A stretch of 64,000 nt of DNA from Spirochaetia bacterium (lineage in GTDB: Bacteria > Spirochaetota > UBA4802 > UBA5550): contig VFJS01000003.1 in the NCBI GenBank assembly GCA_009885955.1, positions 147,086-211,085 on the forward strand, in the 5' to 3' direction. The notes below the pieces were generated by a model. That model saw only the letters and a program-made list of their open reading frames with translations. It ran no database searches and was not told the DNA's origin. This document shows positions 18,752 to 28,619 of this stretch, piece after piece. The first letter of the stretch is position 1. Each line of letters opens with the position of its first letter. The position numbers and the translations under genes are program-made.

Positions 18752-19987
18752 GTGAGGGGTAATGCCGTGAAATCAAGCACAATACCTGAAATAATAGATG
18801 ATATAAGAAACGGAAAAATGGTCATCCTTGTGGACAATGAAGACAGGGAGAATGAAGGCGACCTGATTATTGCAGCGGAGCACTGTACACCGGAGACCAT
18901 AAATTTTATGGCAACCTACGGCAGGGGCCTCATATGCGCGCCTGTTTCCCAGGAGATAGCAGGCCGGTTGGGCCTTGTCCTCATGGTTGCGGACAACAGC
19001 GATAAGTTCGGCACGGCATTTACCGTGACCATCGATGCCAAAGAGGGGACCACAACAGGCATCTCGGCACACGACAGGGCTAAAACCGTCCATGCCATGA
19101 TCGATGAAAAATCCGGCCCCGGGGATTTCCGCAGGCCCGGCCATATATTTCCCCTTGCAGCGAGAAACGGCGGTGTGCTGGTCCGGGCAGGGCATTCGGA
19201 GGGGGCCGTGGACCTTGCAAAACTTGCAGGCCTGAAGCCCGCAGGGGTAATCTGTGAAATACTCAATGATGACGGCACCATGGCCCGCAGGACCGACATT
19301 GACGCCTTTGCATCAAAACATGGAGTCAAGGTGGGAACCATCGCGGACCTCATCAAGCACAGGCAGCACAAGGATAGGCTTGTGAAGAGGATATCATCGG
19401 CAACGCTCCCCACTGACCATGGCGAATTCACCATCATAGCATACGAGACCGAAATCGCAGACACGACCCACGTGGCCATTGTCAAGGGCGATGTGGACAG
19501 TAAAGAGGATGTCCTTGTCCGGGTCCACTCTGAATGCCTCACCGGGGATGTCTTTGCGTCCAGGAGGTGCGACTGCGGAAGCCAGCTCCACCGGGCCATG
19601 GAGATGATCGAGGCCGCAGGTACGGGCGTCATCCTGTACATGAGACAGGAGGGGAGGGGGATTGGACTGGGAAATAAGATAAAGGCCTACTGCCTCCAGG
19701 ATAAGGGGCTCGACACGGTCGAGGCAAACCTTGAGCTGGGCTTTCCAGAAGACCTCCGCGATTACGGAATCGGAGCCCAGATACTCGTTGACCTGGGGCT
19801 CCATAAGATTAAGCTCCTTACAAATAATCCGAAGAAAATCATAGGCCTTGAAGGCTATGGCCTGGAGATAAGCGAAAGGGTTCCCATCGAGATAATCCCT
19901 CAGAGAGATAATTACCGGTATCTTGAAACCAAGCGCGACAAGCTCGGCCATCTGATACTGAACCACACCCCGGGAAAAAAAGGATGA
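18752..19987 (+). CDS. ribBA: Bifunctional 3,4-dihydroxy-2-butanone-4-phosphate synthase / GTP cyclohydrolase II
   Basis: DHBP synthase '[17 protein letters not shown]'. GTP cyclohydrolase II zinc site '[21 protein letters not shown]'. Alternative GTG start at 18767 with a GAGGGG RBS. Confidence 0.9.
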   Translation: MRGNAVKSSTIPEIIDDIRNGKMVILVDNEDRENEGDLIIAAEHCTPETINFMATYGRGLICAPVSQEIAGRLGLVLMVADNSDKFGTAFTVTIDAKEGTTTGISAHDRAKTVHAMIDEKSGPGDFRRPGHIFPLAARNGGVLVRAGHSEGAVDLAKLAGLKPAGVICEILNDDGTMARRTDIDAFASKHGVKVGTIADLIKHRQHKDRLVKRISSATLPTDHGEFTIIAYETEIADTTHVAIVKGDVDSKEDVLVRVHSECLTGDVFASRRCDCGSQLHRAMEMIEAAGTGVILYMRQEGRGIGLGNKIKAYCLQDKGLDTVEANLELGFPEDLRDYGIGAQILVDLGLHKIKLLTNNPKKIIGLEGYGLEISERVPIEIIPQRDNYRYLETKRDKLGHLILNHTPGKKG

Positions 19988-20922
19988 ACGAAAGTCACGC
20001 AACAATACTTATTGTTGATGACGAGGACATTATCAGGTATGCTCTTCAGAAGAAGCTTTCAAGGATAGGATACAATGTCATATCCCTTGAAAAAGCGGAG
20101 GATGTCCTCTATCTTGTTAAAAACGGCGGGCAGAAGATAGACCTCATCATCACCGACATCAAACTCAGGAAGATGGACGGCATAGAACTTCTCAGGCGCA
20201 TCAGGAACCTGGATGATCCCATACCGGTGATGATCATAACCGGGCACGGCAATGTCGAGGATGCCATACGGGCTCTCCGTTTCGGGGCCAGCGATTTCAT
20301 TAGAAAGCCCTTTGACATTAACGAGATAGCATCATCGGTGAGGGCCATACTCCGGAGCAGGGATGAGAAGGAGCTGGCCGATAATTTTTCCCAGTATGCC
20401 GACTTTGAAAAAGCTGAATTCAGGATACCGCCCGATATATCTATTATTAATCCGCTGGCATACAGGCTCACGAGAAATCTTGTGGCATCAGGCCTGTGCA
20501 ACAATAATACTTCTGAAAACTTATCCCTTGCCCTTGTAGAGGCTATCAGCAACGCCATGTATCACGGGACCCTTGAGATTTCATCGGATATCAGGGAGGA
20601 AGGGGGAATAAAAAAATTTAATGAAGAAGTGGAGCGCAGGAAAAATGACAGCGCCTACATGAACCGTTTTATAAAAATAAGCTACCACCTCACAAAGGAA
20701 TATGTTGAATACATCATCGAAGACGAGGGCCCGGGCTTTAATTACCATTCACTGCCGGATCCCAGGGACCCTGAAAATTTTTTCAAGGAGAGCGGCAGGG
20801 GGCTCCTTATCATCAGGATCCACATGGATGAAGTTGAATGGGTCGGCAGGGGGAACATCGTGAGGCTGAAAAAGAATAAAATAGAGAGGAACGGTATAAA
20901 GTACCAGGAGGAGATATTATGA
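19984..20922 (+). CDS. Response-regulator receiver fused to an RsbW/SpoIIAB-like HATPase_c_2 (anti-sigma factor-type Ser/Thr kinase) domain
   Basis: REC: '[14 protein letters not shown]...[17 protein letters not shown]'. C-terminal '[12 protein letters not shown]...[18 protein letters not shown]' is a GHKL ATPase of the partner-switching kinase type. It is translationally coupled (ATGA overlaps) to both ribBA and mtnA. Confidence 0.7.
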   Translation: MNESHATILIVDDEDIIRYALQKKLSRIGYNVISLEKAEDVLYLVKNGGQKIDLIITDIKLRKMDGIELLRRIRNLDDPIPVMIITGHGNVEDAIRALRFGASDFIRKPFDINEIASSVRAILRSRDEKELADNFSQYADFEKAEFRIPPDISIINPLAYRLTRNLVASGLCNNNTSENLSLALVEAISNAMYHGTLEISSDIREEGGIKKFNEEVERRKNDSAYMNRFIKISYHLTKEYVEYIIEDEGPGFNYHSLPDPRDPENFFKESGRGLLIIRIHMDEVEWVGRGNIVRLKKNKIERNGIKYQEEIL

Positions 20923-21950
20923 TGTCAATAAAGTGGAATGGAGATTCTGTTAAAATTCTCGACCAGAGGAGGCTTCCTCTTGAAGAGGCATACAACACAT
21001 ATACCAACTACTATGACGTTGCCTCTTCCATACGGGACATGGAGATACGGGGCGCTCCGGCCATCGGAATTGCGGCCGCCATGGGGATAGCCCTTGCCGC
21101 GAAAAGTATGATTGGCGGCAGGGCCGAAGAATTCAGGGAAAAGATGAATTCTGTTTTTACCCTTTTTGCCGGTACCAGGCCCACGGCGGTGAACCTGTTC
21201 TGGGCCATAAACAGGATGAGGGGAATAATTAAAGACAGGTCCGATGTTCCGGGAATGGTTGATCTCCTGGAAAAGGAGGCCATAAAGATGTATGATGAGG
21301 ATATAGATATCAACAGGAGGATCGGCAAAAACGGCAGCAGGTTCCTTAACGATGGGGATGTTGTCATGACACACTGCAACGCAGGAGCCCTTGCCACGGC
21401 CGGATACGGCACTGCCCTTGGAGTCATACGGGCAGCGGTTGAGGAGGGGAAAAAAATCGAGGTCTATGCCTGTGAAACCAGGCCCTATCTTCAGGGCGCC
21501 AGGCTGACGGCATGGGAACTCTTACAGGATAATATTCCGGTGACGCTCATAACAGACAGCATGTCCGGCTATTTCATGAAGTCCGGCGTGATAAAGAAGG
21601 TCATCGTCGGGGCGGACAGGATAGCGGCCAACGGCGACACAGCAAACAAGATCGGGACATACACCCATTCGGTTCTTGCAAAAAACCACCGTATTCCATT
21701 TTACATAGCGGCTCCGCTGTCGACGCTGGATGCAGATACGCCGTCAGGGGACAGTATACCGATTGAAGAGAGGAGCATGGACGAAGTGGTGTACATAGGG
21801 TCATATCAGATCGCTCCCGAGGGGATTTCTGTCCGGAACCCGGCATTTGATGTCACGCCTGCGGCCAATATTACCGCAATCATCACCGAGGCCGGCGTCA
21901 TTGAGAATCCGGGGAGGGACGGAATTTCAGCTGTTCTAAAGAAGAAGTGA
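20919..21950 (+). CDS. mtnA: S-methyl-5-thioribose-1-phosphate isomerase (eIF-2B alpha/beta/delta-like)
   Basis: 'IRGAPAIGIAAAMGIALAA', 'GTRPTAVNLFWAI', 'TDSMSGYFM', 'VGADRIAANGDTANKIGTY' are typical of MtnA/e2B2-family isomerases. Confidence 0.75.
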   Translation: MMSIKWNGDSVKILDQRRLPLEEAYNTYTNYYDVASSIRDMEIRGAPAIGIAAAMGIALAAKSMIGGRAEEFREKMNSVFTLFAGTRPTAVNLFWAINRMRGIIKDRSDVPGMVDLLEKEAIKMYDEDIDINRRIGKNGSRFLNDGDVVMTHCNAGALATAGYGTALGVIRAAVEEGKKIEVYACETRPYLQGARLTAWELLQDNIPVTLITDSMSGYFMKSGVIKKVIVGADRIAANGDTANKIGTYTHSVLAKNHRIPFYIAAPLSTLDADTPSGDSIPIEERSMDEVVYIGSYQIAPEGISVRNPAFDVTPAANITAIITEAGVIENPGRDGISAVLKKK

Positions 21951-22871
21951 TTATTGGGGGTTTCTTTTTTTCGTATAGCTCTCCCGTATCGCTGTATACT
22001 CCGGTCCCTTCTCTTTTTTATAGAAACAGAACCTGTTTTTTCCCTGGTCTTTTGCGTCATAGAGCGCGTCGTCGGCCCTGCACTGCATCTTTATGAAAAT
22101 ATCCTCAATCTCCTGGTCCACAATTTTTTTTCCGTTGTTGAAGATATATTCATATATTGAGGCTCCGGCGCTCACCGTCACCTGTAATTCCTTTCCGTCG
22201 TACATGACACAGGTTTTTCTTATTTTTTCATAGAGGTTGTTTAAAAATATTTTTGCGCCGTCCATGTCCGTGGATGGCAGTAGAACGTCCATTTCCTCCC
22301 CGCCGAAGCGTATGGCATAGTCTGTCGGCCTTGAATTCTCTTTTATAATATCTGCGATACGTTTCAGTACCCTGTCCCCTGCTTCATGGCTATACTTGTT
22401 GTTGAACAGGGAAAAATCGTCAATATCAAGCCTTATCAGGGTGATATGATAGGATGTCACTTTTCCGCCATAGTATATCCTGGACGCAGTCTTGATGATG
22501 TTTGTGAGATAGTCCTTTTTGTATTTTAATAAATTTGTCTTTTCATCAATATTGATTTTCTGCTCCATGAGACTCAGCTTGTCCACGATTGAGAAATAAT
22601 CGAGCTCCGATCTTCTCAAAAGTTCAACGATATCATCATCAATGGCATTGTGAACCAGGAGATGCGATAAGATCCGTATGTTCCGTATCTGGAATTCGTT
22701 AAGGTCTCTGCTGTCTTTTTTATTGTTCATTTTTTCCAATGGTATTTTTTTATTCTTCACCCGTATTTGTTTAACATCATTCAAAGCAAAAATGCAGGCG
22801 AAGATTTTATCCGGAATAATCCCCTGATCCTGGACTTTGACTGTTTCCTGAAATATATAAAAAGTAAACAA
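21951..22871 (-). CDS. GGDEF-domain diguanylate cyclase-like protein
   Basis: 'RLDIDDFSLFNNKYSHEAGDRVLKRIA...RFGGEEMDVLL'. The active-site-like GGEEM differs from canonical GG(D/E)EF. Confidence 0.75.
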   Translation of the reverse strand: MFTFYIFQETVKVQDQGIIPDKIFACIFALNDVKQIRVKNKKIPLEKMNNKKDSRDLNEFQIRNIRILSHLLVHNAIDDDIVELLRRSELDYFSIVDKLSLMEQKINIDEKTNLLKYKKDYLTNIIKTASRIYYGGKVTSYHITLIRLDIDDFSLFNNKYSHEAGDRVLKRIADIIKENSRPTDYAIRFGGEEMDVLLPSTDMDGAKIFLNNLYEKIRKTCVMYDGKELQVTVSAGASIYEYIFNNGKKIVDQEIEDIFIKMQCRADDALYDAKDQGKNRFCFYKKEKGPEYTAIRESYTKKRNPQ

Positions 22872-23022
22872 AAATATAAAATTTTATGATAGTTGTCAAT
22901 AAAAAAAGTGAAACCATGACTTCAGTTGGAAGGATTGAGTAATATCAAAAAATAAGATTTTTAAGCGCATAATGAAAAATTACAGGATACTGATGTAAAT
23001 ATTAATTAATATCTTTATTTAA

Positions 23023-23262
23023 GTGAAAATTCTGCCGAATTCAATATTGGTTATACAAATCTGTTCATGGAGGAACGGAATAACCATGGAGGTTGCTATG
23101 GATAATCTCATGAAAAAGGAGGATCGTGAGATAAAACCGGGTAATGGCAAGGCTGATCAGAAAAAGATTCTTGAATATAGAGAAAAGATTTCAAACAATA
23201 CTTATCTTGATCAAGCAATTTCTAAAATTGCCACTGATTTATCCCATTATCTTACAAAGTAA
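23023..23262 (+). CDS. FlgM-like anti-sigma-28 factor (tentative)
   Basis: C-terminal 'EKISNNTYLDQAISKIATDL' resembles the FlgM 'IANGTYKVDAEKIADKL' helix. The probable start is ATG 23086, after a GGAGGA RBS. No flagellar genes nearby. Confidence 0.35.
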   Translation: MKILPNSILVIQICSWRNGITMEVAMDNLMKKEDREIKPGNGKADQKKILEYREKISNNTYLDQAISKIATDLSHYLTK

Positions 23263-23335
23263 TGTTATTATCTTGATGTCATCATCAATTGTATAATTGA
23301 TGATTGATATTCTTGATCAAACCAAATAAAATAAT

Positions 23336-23390
23336 GGTCTGCCCCTTTTAATTTCAGGGAAATGATAAAGGGGCAGATCATTTTTTTGAT
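23336..23390 (+). terminator. Rho-independent terminator
   Basis: GGTCTGCCCCTTTT-loop-AAAGGGGCAGATC (12-bp stem) followed by ATTTTTTTGATTT. Confidence 0.75.
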
Positions 23391-23535
23391 TTAACATGGC
23401 CCTCATGCCTGTAATCGAATCAATACGTATCCACTCAAGGGAACCGCCTGTATCAGTTATTTAAGGCTCTATTAAAATTTATTATTGCGGATAATAAGAT
23501 GTTGACAGGGGAAAATAAAGTATCAATTTTTATTC

Positions 23536-24615
23536 ATGGTTGAAAAGAGTTCATATTTCGCAATAAGGAACGATAAAAAAATGAAGGTCATTTTCTTTGT
23601 CCTTTTTTTTATCATAACAGCCGGCATACTTTATATTTTCCAATATTTTTTCTGGCCATTTCTCTTCGCCCTGATCCTTTATATTGCTTTGAGGCCGGTT
23701 CAGGAAAAGCTCCTTGCCCATATGAGAAACAGGACATTGAGTACTATTGCAGTAATCGTAATTTTATTTATAATAATTATTGTCCCGTTTTTTTATCTGG
23801 TTATGAACCTCGCCAACCAGAGCTACCAGCTCTATAATATCATCCAGGAGAAGGTGGAGAAGGGCGATTTCAATGACATCGGGATAATTAAACAGGCAAT
23901 GGAATATTTCCAGATCCATAGCACCAATCTCATAAAAAAGGCGGCTGAATTTCTGGAGAAAACGGCTGTCACCGCATTCATGAACCTGACAAAACTGATA
24001 TCTTTCCAGATAAGTTTTACCATGAATTTTCTTTTCATGATTATGATCCTCTTCTTCCTCCTGAAAGACGGGCACAGGCTTGGAGGAGCTTTTTACAGAA
24101 TACTCCCTTTCCCCGACGATATTGAAAAGAAGATCGTTCTGAGGCTCAAAGATGTCATAAAGGTGCTTCTTGCCGGTAACCTTATCATCATGTCCCTCCA
24201 GGGCCTGGGCCTGGGCCTGGGATTTTTCTTAGCCGGCATTGACATGCCTCTTCTATGGGGGAGCTTTGCTGCTGTCCTGTCGCTCATCCCTGTTGTGGGG
24301 ACTACGCTCATCTGGCTCCCCGGCGCACTCTATCTTTTTTTCAAGGGTTATTATATAAGCGCCATATTTGTCGGGATCTGGTCAATGTTGTGGTACCTCC
24401 TTCTGGAAAATATCGTAAAACCTAAGATTTTCGGCAGGAGACTCAACTTTCATCCCATGGTTTTCTTTTTTCTTATTCTCGGAAGCATACAGGCTTTCGG
24501 CATCGCGGGGGTCATCGTCGGCCCGCTGCTCCTGACCCTGTTCTTCTCCTTATGGGAAATTTACAAGTTCATCAATGAATATGAGCTTATGGAGAAGGAT
24601 GAGGGGAGAAGATGA
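23536..24615 (+). CDS. AI-2E family transporter (PerM/YhhT, UPF0118)
   Basis: 8 TM helices. Characteristic 'FFWPFLFALILYIALRP', C-terminal conserved 'GIAGVIVGPLL'. Confidence 0.8.
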   Translation: MVEKSSYFAIRNDKKMKVIFFVLFFIITAGILYIFQYFFWPFLFALILYIALRPVQEKLLAHMRNRTLSTIAVIVILFIIIIVPFFYLVMNLANQSYQLYNIIQEKVEKGDFNDIGIIKQAMEYFQIHSTNLIKKAAEFLEKTAVTAFMNLTKLISFQISFTMNFLFMIMILFFLLKDGHRLGGAFYRILPFPDDIEKKIVLRLKDVIKVLLAGNLIIMSLQGLGLGLGFFLAGIDMPLLWGSFAAVLSLIPVVGTTLIWLPGALYLFFKGYYISAIFVGIWSMLWYLLLENIVKPKIFGRRLNFHPMVFFFLILGSIQAFGIAGVIVGPLLLTLFFSLWEIYKFINEYELMEKDEGRR

Positions 24616-24643
24616 ACGCCGGGATTTTTCTGGAGGATTTTTG

Positions 24644-27625
24644 ATGACTATTACCCGGAGGGATTTCCTTAAAATCACCGGACTGGCATCAACCGCCGCG
24701 CTCTTCGGGAGCCCGTTGCTTTTTACCCGCTGCACGGGTAAAAAGGGGAGGAGCGGCAGTTCCAGCGGGACTTCAGGCATATGCCCCCTGTGCAGCGCAG
24801 GATGCGGGATAGTTGTTTCGGTAAAGGACGGGAGGATCTCAGGGATTGACGGGGACCCGGAACATCCGTTGAACAGGGGAATGCTCTGCGCCGCAGGGAG
24901 TTCCATGTCCGGCCTTTATCAGCCCTCATTTACCGCGCGCATAACCAGGCCGCTTTATAGAAAGCCGGGCGCCGATGCATGGGAGGAGATCACCTGGGAC
25001 GAGGCTTTGAAAAAGATTGCCGACAGGTTTATCAAAACCAGGGAACTCTCACTGCAGAAGATAAAAAAGGACCAGGCGGTCCCTGCATCCATGGATATAG
25101 CCCTTCTCACCGGCGAGGGCCTTAACAACGAGGAATCCTACCTGATTTCAAAATTTGCCGCCCTTACGGGCATAAGCAGGCGTGACCATGAAGGGAGGCT
25201 CGACGATTTTCCATCGAAAACCGCGCTCATGAACAGCCTGGGTTATGGCGGCATGACAAATACATGGCACGACATTTCCAGGTCCAATGCGCTGCTTATA
25301 ATAGGGAGTAACCCGGCCCTTAACCACCCGATGGCCATGAGGCACATCATGGCGGCAAAAGAGAAAGGCTGTAAAATAATTTGCGCAGACCCGCGCTTCA
25401 CCGGGACTGCTGCCGTTTCTGACTATCATATTCCCATCCGGCCGGGCACCGATACGGCTTTTATCCTGGGAATAATAAACCATGCCCTTGGCAGCGGCAG
25501 GGTGAACAGGGAGTATCTTGCAAATTATACAAATGCCCCTTATCTTGTAAACAGCGGTTTCTCGCTGAAAGACGGGCTGTTTTCAGGATATAACAGGGAG
25601 GACAGGGAGTACGACAGCACTACGTGGAGCTATGTCATAGACGCGAAGGGCATCCCGAGAAAGGACCGCGCCATGAACGGGCCCGACACGGTATATCAGC
25701 TGCTGAAAAAACATGCCGCGCGTTATACGCCCGACAGGGTGTCGGAGATAACCGGCTGCCCGAGGGATCTGTTTATCAGCGCCGCGGAAGTTTTTACATC
25801 AACATTCAGCAATGAAAATTCCGGCGCGGTGGTATGCGGAAGGGGGATATTCCAGCATTCAACCGGGACACAGGGGACGAGGGCGCTGATCATACTTCAG
25901 CTCCTTCTCGGCAACATAGGCAGGCCCGGCGGGGGCATCTCTCCCCTGCCTTCGGGGGGAGGCGGGCAGGGCGCCTTTGACCAGGGCCTGTACAGCGGTA
26001 TTCTTCCGGGCTGCCTGCAGGCGCCCGATATTTACAGCGACTCAAACCTTACGGCATACCTGAAAAACAGGACCCCGAAGAGCAATGATCCAATGAGCAT
26101 AAACTGGTTAGGCGCTGACCCGGGAGGCAAGGGCGCGCCTAATACCAGGAGGTACATTGTGAGCCTCCTGAAAGCATGGTTCGGGGGAAATGCCACAGCT
26201 GGAAATAATTTCTGCTATGACTGGCTGCCCAAAAGGGACGATTCCTTCACGTATCCCGCGGTATTCAGGGAGGCGCAGATGGGGAGCATAAAGGGCCTCA
26301 TGCTCTTTCACACTGATCCCCTGGCGCTGCTGCCGAACCAGGGAAAGGCGCTTGATTCTTTGAAAAATCTTGAATGGCTGGTCTGCGCAGATACCTCTGA
26401 GCCGGAAATATCCTCATTCTGGAAGAGGGACGGGATACATCCCAAAGATGTGAAGACCGAGGTATTCCTGCTTCCCATGGCGCTCCCACTGGAAAAGGAC
26501 GGGAGCCTTACGGATGCAGCCAGGACAGTGCAGTGGAGCAGCGGGGCCGTGAGCCCTGCAGGCATGGCCATTTCAGCGCTTGAATATGTGGACAGGCTTT
26601 TTATGCACATAAGAAAAAATCCGGCGATGAACACCGGTGAGTTCCCGGAGCCCATTGCCAGGGCGGAGTGGAATTATAGAGATGCATCACGGGGAGAAGG
26701 GGCAAATCCCCTTGCGGTAGCCAGGGAGATAAACGGGTATTTTACCGGCAGCGGGAAATTTCTCGGCGGCTTCAATTCCCTTGAGCCCGATGGTACTACA
26801 GCCTGCGGCAACTGGCTCTACAGCGGATGCATGGCTTCCGGTGAAAACATGATGACCCGCAGGGATTCCCGGCAGCCTGGCAGTTCCGGAATATTTCCCG
26901 GGTGGGCATGGTCGTGGCCCCAGAACAGACGCATCCTCTACAACAGGGCAGGGACAGACGTGAAAGGGGAACCCTGGGATAAAAAAAAGTACAGTGTCAA
27001 CTGGGACGGGAAAAACTGGACAGGGGATGTACCCGACGGCGACGGGGAACCGGGTGTTAAAAATCCTTTTATCATGCTCGATGAGGGAGTGGCAAGAATT
27101 TTCTGCAGCGCCATGGGAGACGGCCCATTCCCGGAATATTATGAGCCCATGGAGGGGCCTCTGAAGAATATCATGAATTCCGCCGGTTTCAACCCCATTG
27201 GCGTCGCGGCAAAGGAAATGAAAAACAGCGCCGGCAGCACAGAAAAATTTCCCCATGCGGCAACTACATTCAGCTCTGGCCCGGGAGGGAAGCTCCTCAA
27301 TTCCCTGCAGCGCGCCAGGGAGATGTTTCCGCTGATATATTGCGAAATCAGTCCGGGGCTTGCCGCCATGAAGGGGATTGAAAGCGGCGACATGGTTAAA
27401 ATAATATCACGGCGCGGTGCAATTTCAATGAGGGCCCTTGTAACCGCGAGGGTGTTTCCCTGGGAATACAGGGACAGGAAAATTGAACTCGTAGCTATTG
27501 TCGATTTCTGCAATACTGGCGGACCTTCAGGGCTTGCGCATATTTTTACCGATCCTGTCAGCGGCGCGCCTGAATCCAAGGCCTTTCTTGTTAATGTTGA
27601 AAAGGTCAGGGAAAGGAGGGTATAA
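24644..27625 (+). CDS. Tat-exported molybdopterin oxidoreductase catalytic subunit, FdnG/FdhA (formate dehydrogenase alpha)-like
   Basis: Twin-arginine signal 'TRRDFLKITGLASTAALFG' and FeS motif 'CPLCSAGCG...C'. Collinear similarity to E. coli FdnG across the length (LFSGYNREDREYDSTTWSY, WAWSWPQNRRILYNRAGTDVKGEPWD, SKAFLVNVEK). Start set at ATG 24644 after a GGAGG RBS. At the position aligned to Sec-His there is Asp-Asp, with no in-frame TGA. Confidence 0.85.
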   Translation: MTITRRDFLKITGLASTAALFGSPLLFTRCTGKKGRSGSSSGTSGICPLCSAGCGIVVSVKDGRISGIDGDPEHPLNRGMLCAAGSSMSGLYQPSFTARITRPLYRKPGADAWEEITWDEALKKIADRFIKTRELSLQKIKKDQAVPASMDIALLTGEGLNNEESYLISKFAALTGISRRDHEGRLDDFPSKTALMNSLGYGGMTNTWHDISRSNALLIIGSNPALNHPMAMRHIMAAKEKGCKIICADPRFTGTAAVSDYHIPIRPGTDTAFILGIINHALGSGRVNREYLANYTNAPYLVNSGFSLKDGLFSGYNREDREYDSTTWSYVIDAKGIPRKDRAMNGPDTVYQLLKKHAARYTPDRVSEITGCPRDLFISAAEVFTSTFSNENSGAVVCGRGIFQHSTGTQGTRALIILQLLLGNIGRPGGGISPLPSGGGGQGAFDQGLYSGILPGCLQAPDIYSDSNLTAYLKNRTPKSNDPMSINWLGADPGGKGAPNTRRYIVSLLKAWFGGNATAGNNFCYDWLPKRDDSFTYPAVFREAQMGSIKGLMLFHTDPLALLPNQGKALDSLKNLEWLVCADTSEPEISSFWKRDGIHPKDVKTEVFLLPMALPLEKDGSLTDAARTVQWSSGAVSPAGMAISALEYVDRLFMHIRKNPAMNTGEFPEPIARAEWNYRDASRGEGANPLAVAREINGYFTGSGKFLGGFNSLEPDGTTACGNWLYSGCMASGENMMTRRDSRQPGSSGIFPGWAWSWPQNRRILYNRAGTDVKGEPWDKKKYSVNWDGKNWTGDVPDGDGEPGVKNPFIMLDEGVARIFCSAMGDGPFPEYYEPMEGPLKNIMNSAGFNPIGVAAKEMKNSAGSTEKFPHAATTFSSGPGGKLLNSLQRAREMFPLIYCEISPGLAAMKGIESGDMVKIISRRGAISMRALVTARVFPWEYRDRKIELVAIVDFCNTGGPSGLAHIFTDPVSGAPESKAFLVNVEKVRERRV

Positions 27626-27627
27626 TA

Positions 27628-28320
27628 ATGCCTGATAAGGCATTTTTTGTGGATACAACAAAGTGCACCGGATGCAGGTCATGCCAGTCTGCGTGCAAGG
27701 AGTGGAACAGCCTTCCTGGCGAAGCAGTAGATTTTTTCCAGGGGCCCGAAATTACCGGCCCCGGGAAACTGTCTGCGATTACATGGAACCATGTGGTCTT
27801 TTATCCATTTGTGAGGAATATCCCCGGGCGGGACAGCTGGAATATTGTCCATAAAAAGTGCAACCACTGCAAAAAGGCGAAATGTATTGATGTCTGCCCG
27901 GTAAAGGCAATATCAACAGTGGACGGCTGGAATATCATAGACCAGGAAAGATGCATCGGCTGCGGGAAATGCGCTGAGGAATGCCCGTATAAAGTGCCCA
28001 TGGTGAGCATAATATCCCATGATGACAATTCCGGGAAAAAAGTAATTTCAAAGGACAGGGCATATAAATGCAATGCCTGCACCGTCAATACCAGGGATAT
28101 CCCTGCCTGTGTCGGGGCCTGTATAACCGGGGCACTGGATTTCGGATACAGGCTGAAAATCATCAAGGAAGCTGATTTGCATCTGAAAAGAGTGGTAAAA
28201 AATCATCCCGATGCAAGTATTTACGGGATCAGGGAGTTCGGCGGCCTCAGGGTCATCACCCTTTTAAAAGATAAACCGGAAAAATACATGCTCCCGGCCG
28301 GTTATCAGTCCCTGGATTAA
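27628..28320 (+). CDS. 4Fe-4S ferredoxin-type electron-transfer subunit (FdnH/FdhB-like), lacking a C-terminal membrane anchor
   Basis: Four Cys clusters (CTGCRSCQSAC, CNHCKKAKCIDVCP, CIGCGKCAEECP, CNACTV...CVGAC). 230 aa, 2 nt downstream of the alpha subunit. Confidence 0.85.
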   Translation: MPDKAFFVDTTKCTGCRSCQSACKEWNSLPGEAVDFFQGPEITGPGKLSAITWNHVVFYPFVRNIPGRDSWNIVHKKCNHCKKAKCIDVCPVKAISTVDGWNIIDQERCIGCGKCAEECPYKVPMVSIISHDDNSGKKVISKDRAYKCNACTVNTRDIPACVGACITGALDFGYRLKIIKEADLHLKRVVKNHPDASIYGIREFGGLRVITLLKDKPEKYMLPAGYQSLD

Positions 28321-28619
28321 GAGAGTATAAAAAATATTCAATTTTAACTATCCATCCCCGATAATATATGTAGGGGCTTTTTTTGGTGAATAAAAACAGC
28401 GGCCTGATTTTTAAAAGGGTGTTTATATTTTACTTGACGCATATTATTTTAAGTATAATATTAAGGCCGGTACAAAAAATAAGGTTTTTATAATTTGCTT
28501 TGGGGTTTTTTAAGTAAAAACCGGTATTTTCCCATTTCAATTAATTGAAAAATACCGGTTTTTGTGATAGCCCTTAAAAACTGCCGGATAAAATCTGGAA
28601 TTATAACAAGGATGTAAGA

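Noticed and set aside
25171-25270. In-frame TGA (selenocysteine) in the FdnG-like gene
   Set aside because: The ORF is continuous with sense codons throughout. The codon aligned to Sec is GAC (Asp).
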